Below, piece after piece: positions 51,545-63,568 of a stretch of DNA of 64,000 nucleotides; position 1 is the stretch's first letter, and each line of letters begins with the position of its first letter. A program made the position numbers and the translations under genes. The notes beneath the pieces are model-generated. The model saw only the letters and a program-made list of their open reading frames with translations. It searched no databases and was not told where the DNA came from. Source of the stretch: Macrostomum hystrix (Eukaryota; Animalia; Platyhelminthes). The stretch covers positions 9,982,001 through 10,046,000 of the forward strand of contig CATNEN010000003.1 of the NCBI GenBank assembly GCA_950097015.1, written 5' to 3'.

Positions 51545-51840
51545 TGCAGGGTTGCGGACAATGGCACGTTTGGTGAGACTAGACCTGCAGCCAGCAAGGA
51601 GGTAACTCTGCCCATTTCGCTCACACAGGTGTGTGCATCTGCCATGACTTTCTCATCGTCACTCTCACTGTACACTCTCACTGAGCCGTTTGGGTTAGCC
51701 TTTATGGATGTAAATTGCATGACAAGCCCCCAAGCCTTTTATCCGCGGCTGCGCTCCAACGATGTGGTCTCGCCGCGAAACCGAGCTCCGGGACCTTGGT
51801 GCGAGAAGCAGATGCGTTAGACCGCTCCGTCAACTCACCC
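51545..51840 (-). mobile_element. SINE family B
   Basis: Reverse copy with an internal deletion. Confidence 0.72.
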
Positions 51841-52916
51841 CTGCTAAAGGATATTCTATTATTAGTAAGCATTTACATAGTTTACCATTGGCTGAGATTC
51901 GAACTCCAGACCTCTTGATTAGGAATCCGAAGCTCTACTGACTGGGCTGCAAGCTCTAGTCTATATTGTGTAGAGTTTTCTTAAAATTTAGATATTAGAT
52001 CTACAACTAAGAACAAACTTGGTGGATTTGAAGCACATAAAAGTACATTATCAGCATTTATACTCTGGACGAAACTTACATTGGTTTAAGCGACACAGGA
52101 ATAAACAAAGGATGCACACATTAGTTATTTGAGACGACTGGTTACCAAGCTGTTTGGATAGGTTGTGAGAACTAACAGAAGGCATTAACGTACCTATATC
52201 CCCCTCCGCTTTGCAAGGCATATTGCAGCATTATTCAAAGTCAACATGCAGCAGTTTAAATATAAGGGGCGTAGAAAATTTTCAACGGGTCTAGATAGCA
52301 TAGGAAATGAAAAGGGGTGAAATTGGGACGGGAAACGCGAACACGTCAAACACAGATGTCTCGGGCGCATGATGGCGTCCCAAAACAGAGTGGGTGACGG
52401 CCGTGAGAAAAAAACGCATATACGATGGGAGTACAGATAGTAAAAAAAGAAAATTTAACTTATAGCTTTATAGACAAAAATATCACAACAAAAAATATGC
52501 ACACAACATAACTTTCATTTGTCTATGTTAATCAACTGCACCGCTTTTAACATCAACCATTTGGAGTTTGTACAGTATATGCTGTAGGCTTATTGAGATA
52601 ATTTTTGTTTTTCAGGCTTTACAGGCTTTAAAGAAGGTATTGCTTAAAATAGAATTTGTTATTGAATGCTGATATTGGCCAGCTTTTATGATGTACTTTT
52701 ACATCACTTAATTACAACTTAATTACAACTTAAAAACTCCGTACAAAGAGTCCATACATGACAAGTAGCGGGACAAAAACTATTTTGGGTTGTCTTGCAT
52801 TTGACGCATCAATTATCAAACGGCAATTGAAATTGAAAGCTGCTTACACAGCATTACAATAAATATCTAATCATATCGTCTTTATAGTACTGCCTTCGAC
52901 TAGTGTCAGTAGATCA

Positions 52917-54317
52917 TCACAGGATACAGCAAGCTCGACCTGGATAGTCGGGGAAGTGCACTAGACGATCTGGGCCATAGACATAAAATCGACCGCGTCG
53001 ACCGGCTAGTTCCCAATCAACGGCTGTCACATCGGCAGCTGAAACACTGTGCCGCATGGCTAGGACGCGGCCGCGCGTCGATTCTCGCGCCAACAGAGCC
53101 GGGAGGAGTTCGCGAGAAAATCTGCGAGCCCTCTCGTCGGCGCAAAGATCCGGCGACAGCGGACTAAGCCTAGTAGATTCTTCGCTAAATATTTCAGTGC
53201 TAAATTGGCTCAGACGCAGGCCGGGAAGATGGGGATCGTCCATCACAAGAGAAGCTTCGGCTAGGCGAGTCTCTCCGTATCGACGCCAAACAATGCGCAA
53301 CTCAAGGCGCCAGTTAAGGCGTCGCAGACCATTGCACAGGCGGCAGACGCTGGCGCCGTTGGTGCACTTTCCGCAGCGCAAGAAACCGGCGCCGCCGCAG
53401 AAGCCGCAAGGGCCGCCAACAGCTCCAGCAAGTTTTTTGTCGCCATCGCCAACACTGAGGCTGACGCCGCCACCGCAAGCTGGACAATGCTGGGGCGGTT
53501 TACTACCGGCGCTACAATCAACACATTTAACGCGACCTCGACCGTGACAATAGCCGCACGGACGAGTGGACTCTGTGCCGGGCACCGGCTTAGTAGTCTC
53601 AGTTTGGTGCCAAAGTTTTATTGGTCCATCCTCGCCAACGGAAACATCCCAAGGCGATACCGGTGACACTTCTAGCAGCTGCTGCTGTTGCTCATTAAAA
53701 GGCCAACAGCGCCATTGTAGGCATCGACGCTCAACAAATAGTTCGCAACGATAAGCCACAGAGCTGCTGTGATGCAGGCCTCGAAGCTCCATAGCCGAAG
53801 CGGCACGGCCGGCGCCGCAGAGGCAGCCGCCGCTAACTGAATGTTGTTCAGCAACAAAGCGTTGAAGAGCATCTCTAGCCGACTTACCGTCTAGTCGCTT
53901 GGCGGGCTGGTTAGCCACTGTTGGAGAATTAGAGGTGACGCCGGTTGGTGACGAGACCAGCGGGGCAGCTTCAGTTGGTGGCGACAGCCATCGATGATTA
54001 TCATTATCGATATCGTCAAAATCGTGATTATCATCGCTAGTCTCATTATTATCGCTCTCGATGCGGTTGCCCGGTCTACAATTATTATCGTCACTATCTG
54101 GCTTAGTTGGAGTTGATTGGATGCACTGCAGCATCGGCAAAGCCAGATTGTGACATTCGGCATAAGATGCATTCGGAACTGTGGGCGGATAACGAGCTGT
54201 GGGACCCAGAAGACGATCATTAAGAGCTTTAAAGTCTGTCAAGGAGATTGAAGACGCTAAAGAAACCGTGTCCGTATCGTCGTCCTTGTCAATGTAAGCT
54301 TCAGCAGATGAGCTCAT
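52917..54317 (-). CDS. SSUH2: SSUH2-like protein (DnaJ-type CxxCxGxG zinc-finger repeats)
   Basis: Single 466-aa exon. Multiple CxxCxGxG motifs, PWDV, P.T..T..C..CHGRG, FYVYG...VHFPDYP..CCIL C-terminus (CaaX-like). Confidence 0.8.
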   Translation of the reverse strand: MSSSAEAYIDKDDDTDTVSLASSISLTDFKALNDRLLGPTARYPPTVPNASYAECHNLALPMLQCIQSTPTKPDSDDNNCRPGNRIESDNNETSDDNHDFDDIDNDNHRWLSPPTEAAPLVSSPTGVTSNSPTVANQPAKRLDGKSARDALQRFVAEQHSVSGGCLCGAGRAASAMELRGLHHSSSVAYRCELFVERRCLQWRCWPFNEQQQQLLEVSPVSPWDVSVGEDGPIKLWHQTETTKPVPGTESTRPCGYCHGRGRVKCVDCSAGSKPPQHCPACGGGVSLSVGDGDKKLAGAVGGPCGFCGGAGFLRCGKCTNGASVCRLCNGLRRLNWRLELRIVWRRYGETRLAEASLVMDDPHLPGLRLSQFSTEIFSEESTRLSPLSPDLCADERARRFSRELLPALLARESTRGRVLAMRHSVSAADVTAVDWELAGRRGRFYVYGPDRLVHFPDYPGRACCIL

Positions 54318-54340
54318 TGTGTAAGCTTGTAGTTGATGTT

Positions 54341-54354
54341 GTTGTCATAGCAAC
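54341..54354. promoter_or_regulatory. RFX X-box motif upstream of SSUH2
   Basis: GTTGTCATAGCAAC, about 24 bp from the ATG. Confidence 0.45.
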
Positions 54355-54983
54355 CAAAAGCAGTCGCACTAATGCAGAAGCATGAACAAAGTCAATGCGG
54401 TCTCATTTTAACAGTCTATTTATATAGAATAGGTAAATCAATCGTCAAACGAGGCAAGAAAGGAAAGGATAGGAAAGCTCCATAGCAAACGAACAGCACC
54501 AATCAGAAGCAGAGGAGCTGCTAAGCCTAGGACTAACTGACACGAAAATAGAAATTGAGCGTAGAGAGACGGGCGAGGGAATGAAGCTGAAAAGCGTGTC
54601 AAGCCCAGTTCCCGTAGCCCAGTTGAAGTCAGATAGATTACAGGTGATACTCGCCAGCTTCAAGAGGAATAATATTACGGGTTAGAGGGGAGAGAAAGAA
54701 AAGCCAGCGAACTCAACACAGCCTCCCACAATGAGCAACGTGGAGACGATTAACAGTAGATAGACCACGCTATGGGTGCATTTCAAATACCCGCTGCCTA
54801 CCTCACTGCTCCCAAACCGAATGACCGATTCTCGTGAAAGTTATTCGATCCACATAGTTGGATCAAAATTTTCCGCCTTCTACGATGAACTCACCTTTAA
54901 AGTTGTCCAACGTCATCATCGTCGAGATATTTTGCGATTAGTGTCGAAGACCCTGGTACAACTAAAATTGGTCTGTATAAACA

Positions 54984-55154
54984 TCCCTATTGGTCTGAAT
55001 CCCCATTGTTCTGAATCCCTATTGGTCTGAATCCCTATTGGTCTGAATCCCTATTGGTCTGAATCCCTATTGGTCTGAATCCCTATTGGTCTGAATCCCC
55101 ATTGTTCTGAATCCCTATTGGTCTGAATCCCTATTGGTCTGAATCCCTATTGGT
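54984..55154. repeat. 16-bp minisatellite
   Basis: ATCCCTATTGGTCTGA, about 10 copies. Confidence 0.9.
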
Positions 55155-56009
55155 TCAATAATATTCACAATATAACCGACAAGGTTGCATAATCGAATTG
55201 TGTGAGCAAAAAAATTATGCCTATATTGGTGGTTTTTGCCACCAGATACCCCGACGAGAACCGTTTACTATCTTGACGATGCCGATGTTTTGTCATTCTA
55301 GAAGTTTCACAGCGTTTGGTTGACTTTTTGGGAGATTCAGAAAAATGCGGGTATTATGCAAATACCCCGTGCTCTTTTAAGAGTTAAAATAAGCAACATT
55401 TTCTGTCTATATTTTCTAGCTGATAACTAATAAAAAAACAAGTAGCCAATGTAAAGTATTTTTTGTCATTTGACAAATAAAAACTAAAACTACATTTCTT
55501 GGTACTCTACTAAGAGCAGACACATTAAAAAAACAAAAGAACCAACGCATTTCGTCAAAAAAAATAGAAAAAAACTATTTTGTTGTTTTAGACACTTATT
55601 ATTAAAATAAAGCAGTTAAAAAGAGCATTAGAATGTGGTAAAATGTGGATAGAATGTTGAAAATGTGATTTGGAAATAATTGTTCTGGACGGAATAGTGT
55701 AACAAATTTTGAACGAACGGAATGTCTTATTGGTTAGATTAAACAACAAATTTATTTTTATATTTCATTAGTCTATAATCAAGAATAAGGCAAAATGATG
55801 GTACAGAAAACAAAAGGAAAAAGTCTAAAATAAAATGCCTGCATACAGGTACACAGAGGGCTTACTGTAAGACAGTAACAGAACTCACACTAAGGTCTAC
55901 AAAAGTGCATTTAAAAAGAAAACAAGGCATACATAATTCTGGATTATATTAAAAAACACAATTGTTTAGTTTGTTCTGGAATATTAAACAAACTATCCAA
56001 ACGACAATA

Positions 56010-56421
56010 ATTTTGAGACTACCAAAATCTCACCATCTCATGATGAGACTGTCGAAATCTCACCATCTCATGATGAGACTGTCGAAATCTCACCCTCTCA
56101 TGATGAGACTGTCGAAATCTCACCCTCTCATGATGAGACAGTCGAAATCTCACCCTCTCATGATGAGACTGTCGAAATCTCACCCTCTCATGATGAGACT
56201 GTCAAAATCTCACCCTCTCATGATGAGACAAACTGAATCTCACCCTCTCATGATGAGACTGTCGAAATCTCACCATCTCATGATGAGACAGTCGAAATCT
56301 CACCCTCTCATGATGAGACTGTCAAAATCTCACCCTCTCATGATGAGACAAACTGAATCTCACCCTCTCATGATGAGACAAACTGAATCTCACCCTCTCA
56401 TGATGAGACTGTCAAATTCTC
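56010..56421. repeat. 30-bp minisatellite just downstream of the NEK1 stop codon
   Basis: TGATGAGACTGTCGAAATCTCACCCTCTCA, about 13 copies. Confidence 0.93.
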
Positions 56422-56518
56422 ACACTTTAGAAACAGTAACAGTATGTAAAGCTACTTAAATATAAGACAAACTTATGAAAGAAAGTCAGCAAGAAGTTAG
56501 CGATTACTTCGCATTAGC

Positions 56519-59500
56519 TCACTGCCCAGCCTGATTGTCATACAGGACCAGTTGCATTAGCCTATCATACACTCCAGCATGCCTGGGTCCCAGAACTTCT
56601 TTAACCCGTCTCTCGGTTTCGGCCACGCTGACACTGTCGTCGCATTCCAACTCGCCAGCCAGTTCGTAGGCGGGCAGCAGCTTGGTGAAGCCGATCTCGG
56701 TCTCTAACTGGGCTCGCAGTCGTTCGGCTAGAGCGACTGCATCACCAACTGACGAATCGGCGCATTCAGCCTCCGGCTCCATCGGTAGGCCGTCATCGTC
56801 GTCCCAGTCGGTAGTGGCAACCGAAGGCGACGGCGACGGCGAGCTAGGCGTAGCCGTCGACGAAGCCGAAGCCAAGCAGAGAGCTTCGCCCATCGATTGG
56901 CGAACTTCGTCGATTTCGCTGTCCTCATCATCGTCCTGTTCGTTGTTATCTTCGTCGTCGCCTTCTTCGTTGTCGTCGTCGGATTTGTCGCCGAGTGATC
57001 TACCGCGCTGTCTAAGCTTGATTGTCAAATCTAGCGTGGCTTTGTCGAATATCCCAGCATCTTTATCGTCATCGTTTGGCGCACGCATGGAACACAGGCT
57101 CTCGGGAATGGAACGAGCTCTTGGCAAATGAGCTGCCGTTTTCTGATCGCCGACTATTGCAGTCTGGCGCTGTTCCAGCATTGCTCGAAAATCATTGGCC
57201 ACTTCTAGTAGAGATTCGGGTGTACCCTTTGTCTGCCTGCTGGCTTCGTCCATCACCAGAGTGGTCAAAAGTTCTTCAGCGTCGTCGTCTTCTAGTTCCA
57301 GCTGCTTCAACGTCCGGTAAATAGCTTGGCGAAGCTGCCGCTCCTCTGCCGTCTGATAGTCACCGCCTGGGAAATCAATTATTGATAAGAAGTGGATCTT
57401 GATTAGCATACTCCACAGATGGCTAAATATAATAGCATGGGCTGACTGTTGGATACACATGGACACACCTTGAAAAAGACCTGACAGATAGACATACAGA
57501 TAGAGTAGGGATAGACAGACACAAACAATAGGGATAAACAGATACAGACAATAGGGATAAACATACAGACAGAAATAACAGGGATAGACAGACAGACAGA
57601 ACAGGGACAGACAGACGACAGAACAGGTATAGACAGACAGACAAAACAGGTATAGACAGACAGACAAAACAGGGATAGACAGACAGACAAAACAGGGAGA
57701 GACAGACAGACAAAACAGGGATAGACAGACAGACAAAACAGGGATAGACAGACAGACAAAACAGGGATAGACAGACAGACAAGACAGTGATAGACAGACA
57801 GACAGACAGACAGAACAGGGATAGACAGACAGACAGAACAGGAATAGACAGACAGACAGAACAGGGATAGACAGACAGACAGAACAGGAATAGACAGACA
57901 GACAGAACAGGGATAGACAGACAGACAGAACAGGAATAGACAGACAGACAGAACAGGGATAGACAGACAGACAGAACAGGAATAGACAGACAGACAGAAC
58001 AGGGATAGACAGACAGACAGAACAGGAATAGACAGACAGACAGAACAGGGATAGACAGACAGACAGACAGAACAGGGATAGACAGACACAGAACAGGTAT
58101 TGACAGACAGAAATAACTGAGAGACAGCACCAGCTCAAACTTATTCTCACCTTCGGCTAGTCCAGCGGTGCCCTCTAAAAGCGGAGCGTCGCCTAGGCGA
58201 CGCAAAAACCCGGAGTCCGGCTTCTTGGCTTCCCAAGCTTCGCGACGACCGGCAGCGACGCCGGCAGCGGCGGCGGTATCGCCAACAGCAGTGTTAGAAT
58301 CGTCAATCAACTGAGAGACCGGCTGCAGCGGAAGATCCTGCAAGCGTTGAGCATCGGCTAGGCGAGCATCCCAAGCGGCTCGTTTAGCCGCTATCAGCTC
58401 CTTTTTCAATCGACGCTCGTCCATCGACGACGAATTGGAAGCGGCCGCAGATCCAGCCGACGGATTCTGCAATTTCATCTTCTGAATTGGCAGGCCGCAG
58501 TCGCGAACATCTTGCAGTACTTTGGACAGAGGCGGCGCCTGCGGCAGCTGCGGCTGCGGGGACGGCTGCTTCAGCTGCTGCGGAGCTGAAAGGTAGGAAG
58601 GAGTGACAGATTAAATATAGTATGACAGATAAGGTACGGAGTGACAGACAGGGCATAGAGTGACAGATGAGGCATGGAGTGACAGATTAGGCATGGAGTG
58701 ACAGATGAGGCGTGGAGTGACAGATGGGACATGGAGTGACAGATGAGGCATGGAGTGACAGACAGGGCATGAAGTGGTGCAGATGCGACATGGAGTGACA
58801 GACAGGGCATGGAGTGACAGATGTGACACGGAGTGACAGATGAGGCATGGAGTGACAGATGAGGCATGGAGTGACAGACAGGGCATGGAGTGACAGACAG
58901 GGCATGGAGTGACAGACAGGGCATGGAGTGACAGATGAGGCATAGAGTGATAGGATAAACTCACGTTTGTTCACGGCCACTTCAGCGGCAGCATCAGCCA
59001 CAATGCCAGCCGCAGCCTGGTTGATGGCCTTCTGTCTCAGTCGTTTCCTCTCCCAGAATTCGTCCAGAATGCGCTGGGCTCGATCAGCCGCTTGACGACC
59101 GGCGGCTGCCGCTCTCTGACCGGCTGCCGCGGCCGAGGCCGCTGCTGAAGCGGCTGCAGCTGCTGGATTAGCCGCTGAGGGCTGAGCTGGCGGCTTTAGC
59201 TTCTGCTGCGGCGGCTGCTGCTGCTGCTTCTGAGGTTGCTGTTGCTGAGCAGAAGGGGGCGGTGATCTCGGCGACAAGACGTTGACCCAGCCCTCTTCCC
59301 GATAAGTCAAGCGCCGTTTCTCATCTAATTCTCGATGTTTCTTAGAAAGCCGTTCCAAATCTTTGTTCTGAGCTGCCTTCAGTAGCTGCTGCTTGCGCAA
59401 CTGTTGCTGCTTCAGCAGAGGACTAACAGCCGGTGATTGGCGTTTCTTAACTTCGTAGGCCTTCTTAATAGCGGCCGCTCGTTCGGCTTCGCGTCGCCGT

Positions 59501-62395
59501 GCGTCGGTTAGGCGAGACTGCGTTGACTGGGCCGCTTTGCCAACCGGCGTCTGCCGCTGTCCGGGAGTGCCGGGACGCGGAGAAGGCGAAGGCGAGGGCG
59601 AAGGCGAGGGCGCTGGTCGCTTCAGTTGATTTTTATTCTTATTTAAGTTAATATTATTCAGCGGCGGAACGGCTACGCGTCGAATCTGTGGCGCTGCCGC
59701 CGGAGCAGCTGGGGTCTTTGGTCGAGGCGAGGGCGCAACAGCCGGCGACGGCGACGGCGATGCCACTGGTGCCGCTACTTTTAATTGCAGCGTATTCAGC
59801 TCCTGCATAATGAATCAGAAAGCGTTACATTTCAAGTTGGCACATATTAAATATTTACATTGTAACTCGCTACTTTGTACATCGGTTCAAAGTAAATCGT
59901 TTACCTAGTAATTCGTTACTTTGTAAATCGTTACTTTGTAAATCGCTACATTGTAAATCGTTACTTTGTAAATCGTTACTTTGTAAATCGTTACTATGTA
60001 GATCGTAACTTTGTACATTTTTATTTTGCAAATCGTTTTTTAGCAAATCGGTTCTTTCTCAATCGCTACTTTGTACATCAATAATTTCAATGGCGTTCAT
60101 TTTTTCTTATTTCGCTTATGGTGGCAAAGAAATTCAACTTACATCGGGCGATACACGCTTCAACAGTGCCGGTCGCAGCGACTCCCTTTTTAACAGCGCA
60201 GCCATGCTTGGCCTATCTCTGAAAAGACAAGAAATTACGTATTTTACTACCTAAAGTAGTTTTTATCACGGAATGACATAAGGGATGCACTGAAAAAAAC
60301 TCGAATAGCTTACTTTGGATTCTTTCGCAGCATTGCATTGCAAATAGCTCTTAAATCGGCGCTATATCTGGCTGGAATTGGCGGCACTGTGCCTAGTTTG
60401 ATGTTCAGATACAGTTGCTTCTCGCTATTGGCGTTGAAAGCGTATTTTAGCGTCAACATTTCGTATAGAACGCAGCCTAGAGACCAGATATCGGTCTTAT
60501 TATTATAAGGTTCGGATTTCACAATCTCCGGACTCAGATAGTAAGGCGTGCCGATACCAGTGCGGGCCAGTTGCATTGTGAAGTCTAGAGTTTTGGCAAC
60601 ACCGAAGTCACCGAGTTTCACCACTTGACCGCTGCGCATTAGGAATATGTTCTGCGGCTTGATGTCCCTGCGATACGGCAAGGGGTCGGGCATTGAAGTC
60701 TGCTGCACCATACACTCACTTATCCCTTCACTCACACACTGCACTAATCCCTTCACTCACACTGCACCAATCCCTTCACTCACACTGCACCAATCCCTTC
60801 AGTCACTGCACAAATTCCTTCACTCACCCTGTCCCAATCCCTTCACTCACACTGCACCAATCCCTTCACTCACACTGCACCAATCCCTTCACTCACTGCA
60901 CAAATTCCTTCACTCACACTGCACCAATCCCTTCACTCACACTGCACGAATGCCTTCACTCACACTGCACCAATGCCTTCACTCACACTGCACCAATCCC
61001 TTCACTCACACTGCACCAACCCCTTCACTCACACTGCACCAATCCCTTCACTCACACTGCACCAACCCCTTCACTCACACTGCACCAATCCCTTCACTCA
61101 CACTGCACCAATCCCTTCACTCACCCTGCACCAATCCCTAATCTCACCCTGCACCAATCCCTAATCTCACCCTGCACCAATCCCTTATCTCACCCTGCAC
61201 AAATCCCTAATCTCACCCTGCACCAATCCCTAATCTCACCCTGCACAAATCCCTAATCTCACCCTGCACCAATCCCTAATCTCACCCTGCACCAATCCCT
61301 TATCTCACCCTGCACCAATCCCTTATCTCACCCTGCACCAATCCCTAATCTCACCCTGCACCAATTCCTTATCTCACCCTGCACCAATCCCTAATCTTAC
61401 CCTGCACCAATCCCTTATCTCACCCTGCACCAATTACTAATTTCACCTTGCACCAATCCCTAATCTCACCCTGCACCAATTACTAATTTCACCTTGCACC
61501 AATCCCTAATCTCACCCTGCACCAATCCCTAATTTCACCCTGCACCAATCCCTTATCTCACCCTGCACCAATCCCTAATCTCACCCTGCACCAATCCCTT
61601 ATCTCACCCTGCACCAATCCCTAATCTTACCCTGCACCAATCCCTTATCTCACCCTGCACCAATTACTAATTTCACCTTGCACCAATCCCTAATTTCACC
61701 CTGCACCAATCCCTTATCTCACCCTGCACCAATCCCTAATCTCACCCTGCACCAATCCCTTATCTCACCCTGCACCAATCCCTAATCTTACCCTGCACCA
61801 ATCCCTTATCTCACCCTGCACCAATTACTAATTTCACCTTGCACCAATCCCTAATCTCACCCTGCACCAATCCCTAATCTCACCCTGCACCAATCCCTTA
61901 TCTCACCCTGCACCAATCCCTAATCTCACCCTGCACCAATCCCTAATCTTACCCTGCACCAATCCCTAATCTTACCCCGCATGTCACAAAGGCAGCTCGA
62001 ACTCACCTATGAATAACCCTCTTATCGTGGACATACTTAAGCGCCAGGCACAGCTGAGCAAACCAATCTGTCACCAGCTCCTCGGCGAATGCAGTCTTCT
62101 GGCTGGCAATCCTGGCGCTGAGATCGCCGCTGTCGCAGAATTCCATAACTATGCAAAGAGAGCCGGAGTCTATAAAGGAGTCCAAATAGCGCACAATGCC
62201 CGGGTGATCGAAGGCGCGCAATAGTTGCACCTCCTGACGAGCCCACTCTTGTTCTCGCCTAGATTTCATCTTAGATAGCAGCACCTCTTTAACTACGCAA
62301 TGACTACCGTCAGTTCGTCTGCGCATCAGCATAGCCTTGCCGTAGGCGCCTTCGCCGATTCGGCGAATCAATTCGTATGAAGATGGCGAGGACAT
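56519..62395 (-). CDS. NEK1: NIMA-related kinase, NEK1-like (about 979 aa)
   Basis: Exons 62007-62395, 60314-60667, 60143-60218, 58965-59802, 58151-58585, 56519-57366. Motifs [43 protein letters not shown]-terminal [13 protein letters not shown] resembles the NEK1 tail. Confidence 0.85.
57484..58125. repeat. (GACA)-based, about 23-bp minisatellite in a NEK1 intron
   Basis: GACAGACAGACAGAACAGGGATA units. Confidence 0.93.
58600..58950. repeat. 19-bp minisatellite in a NEK1 intron
   Basis: GGCATGGAGTGACAGA(TGA/CAG) units. Confidence 0.92.
59860..60076. repeat. 15-bp minisatellite in a NEK1 intron
   Basis: AATCGTTACTTTGTA units. Confidence 0.85.
60702..61978. repeat. 23-bp minisatellite filling NEK1 intron 1 (two variant blocks)
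   Basis: AATCCCTTCACTCACACTGCACC up to about 61135, then AATCCCTAATCTCACCCTGCACC. Confidence 0.96.
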
Positions 62396-63152
62396 TGTCC
62401 TGCCCTTTCGTTATTATTATTGTGTACCGATTATTTGTGTTTTGGTGTTTAAAGCGGTGACTTGGATGTCTAGTATACGCTGAAATTAAATTTAAATTCA
62501 TTCCTATCAGACAGTTCCGGGGATCTGAAGTTACAATCTCAAGTGGTCTATAGGCATAGCATTAACAAACCGCTTTAAGTTAGGGACTTAGCAAGTCCAA
62601 ATTACTGGTTACAATTTACGTTAAGGTAAGCGTACAAAATTTAAAGCAAAACAGATTTACGATTGAAGCCTTAGCAACCATAGAAACTGAATTGAACTGA
62701 AGCAATAATAGGGAAGGCGAGGGGTGAGACAGTCGGGAATGAAATCCTCTCTTTTGCAATATTGATACATTTTTAGCGCACCATTTGTTCTTACTCTCGT
62801 CCCTTCCACTTCTATAACTCTAGTGTTCGTCAAACCGTCAGCAATCATTCTGTCTCTAACTGACAATGCCAAGCTATTTTATCAGTCAGGCATCTAGTAA
62901 GCTCAGCATCTATCTACTAGTCATGCAAATATCCCATATACGCTCGTAGCCACTCAAATTCAAACGCCTTTACTGACGATTTCTACTCATTGTCTTCTAC
63001 TTCTTTACCCCTAGGGCGCATTTTGCGAGGCAGTGTTTCAGGTATTTGCTGCGAAGCAAGTTATAAAGCTACAAGGCTCTGTATCTCAGTGTAGTCAGGC
63101 GCAGATAAATCGAGAATTCCTAATCGAGGCAGCAGCGGAAAAAAACGCTTCG

Positions 63153-63509
63153 ATGTCCAATGTCACTGGTCCGAAATCCTGGGAGACAAGAGTCACACAA
63201 CGCGCCAGCAATGGAGCCGGCAATTTCAATGGTTGGAGCAGGCGAGAATTAACCATGGCTAGCAGAGTGCGCGAAGTGATTCAACACTCGCTGCAGCATC
63301 AGCTAGACCAGATTGATCGGCGCAGACAAGAAGCTAGACGTCGTCTAGATTGGCAAATCCTTGACCTAAGATTAGAATTCAGACAATTACGCTCAGTGAC
63401 ACCGACTGCGGACGAGTGGCTAGCGATGACAAGCGCCAAACGAGAGCGGACTGCTCAGCTGTTGACAGCTTCACGTTCCAAGACTGGCATTTCAGTTGGC
63501 AAGTTTTAA
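63153..63509 (+). CDS. Putative coiled-coil protein exon, divergent from NEK1 (possibly incomplete)
   Basis: Protein-like ORF with a heptad-rich segment (LQHQLDQIDRRRQEARRRLDWQILDLRLEFRQL). No family recognised with confidence. Confidence 0.45.
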   Translation: MSNVTGPKSWETRVTQRASNGAGNFNGWSRRELTMASRVREVIQHSLQHQLDQIDRRRQEARRRLDWQILDLRLEFRQLRSVTPTADEWLAMTSAKRERTAQLLTASRSKTGISVGKF

Positions 63510-63568
63510 CAACATGCTGATTAAAATTGTACTCGACTCGAGATACTGTTAATTATATTACTCTACAA

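Noticed and set aside
61136-61978. Interstitial telomere
   Set aside because: CCCTAA occurs at most once per 23-bp unit, not as tandem hexamers.
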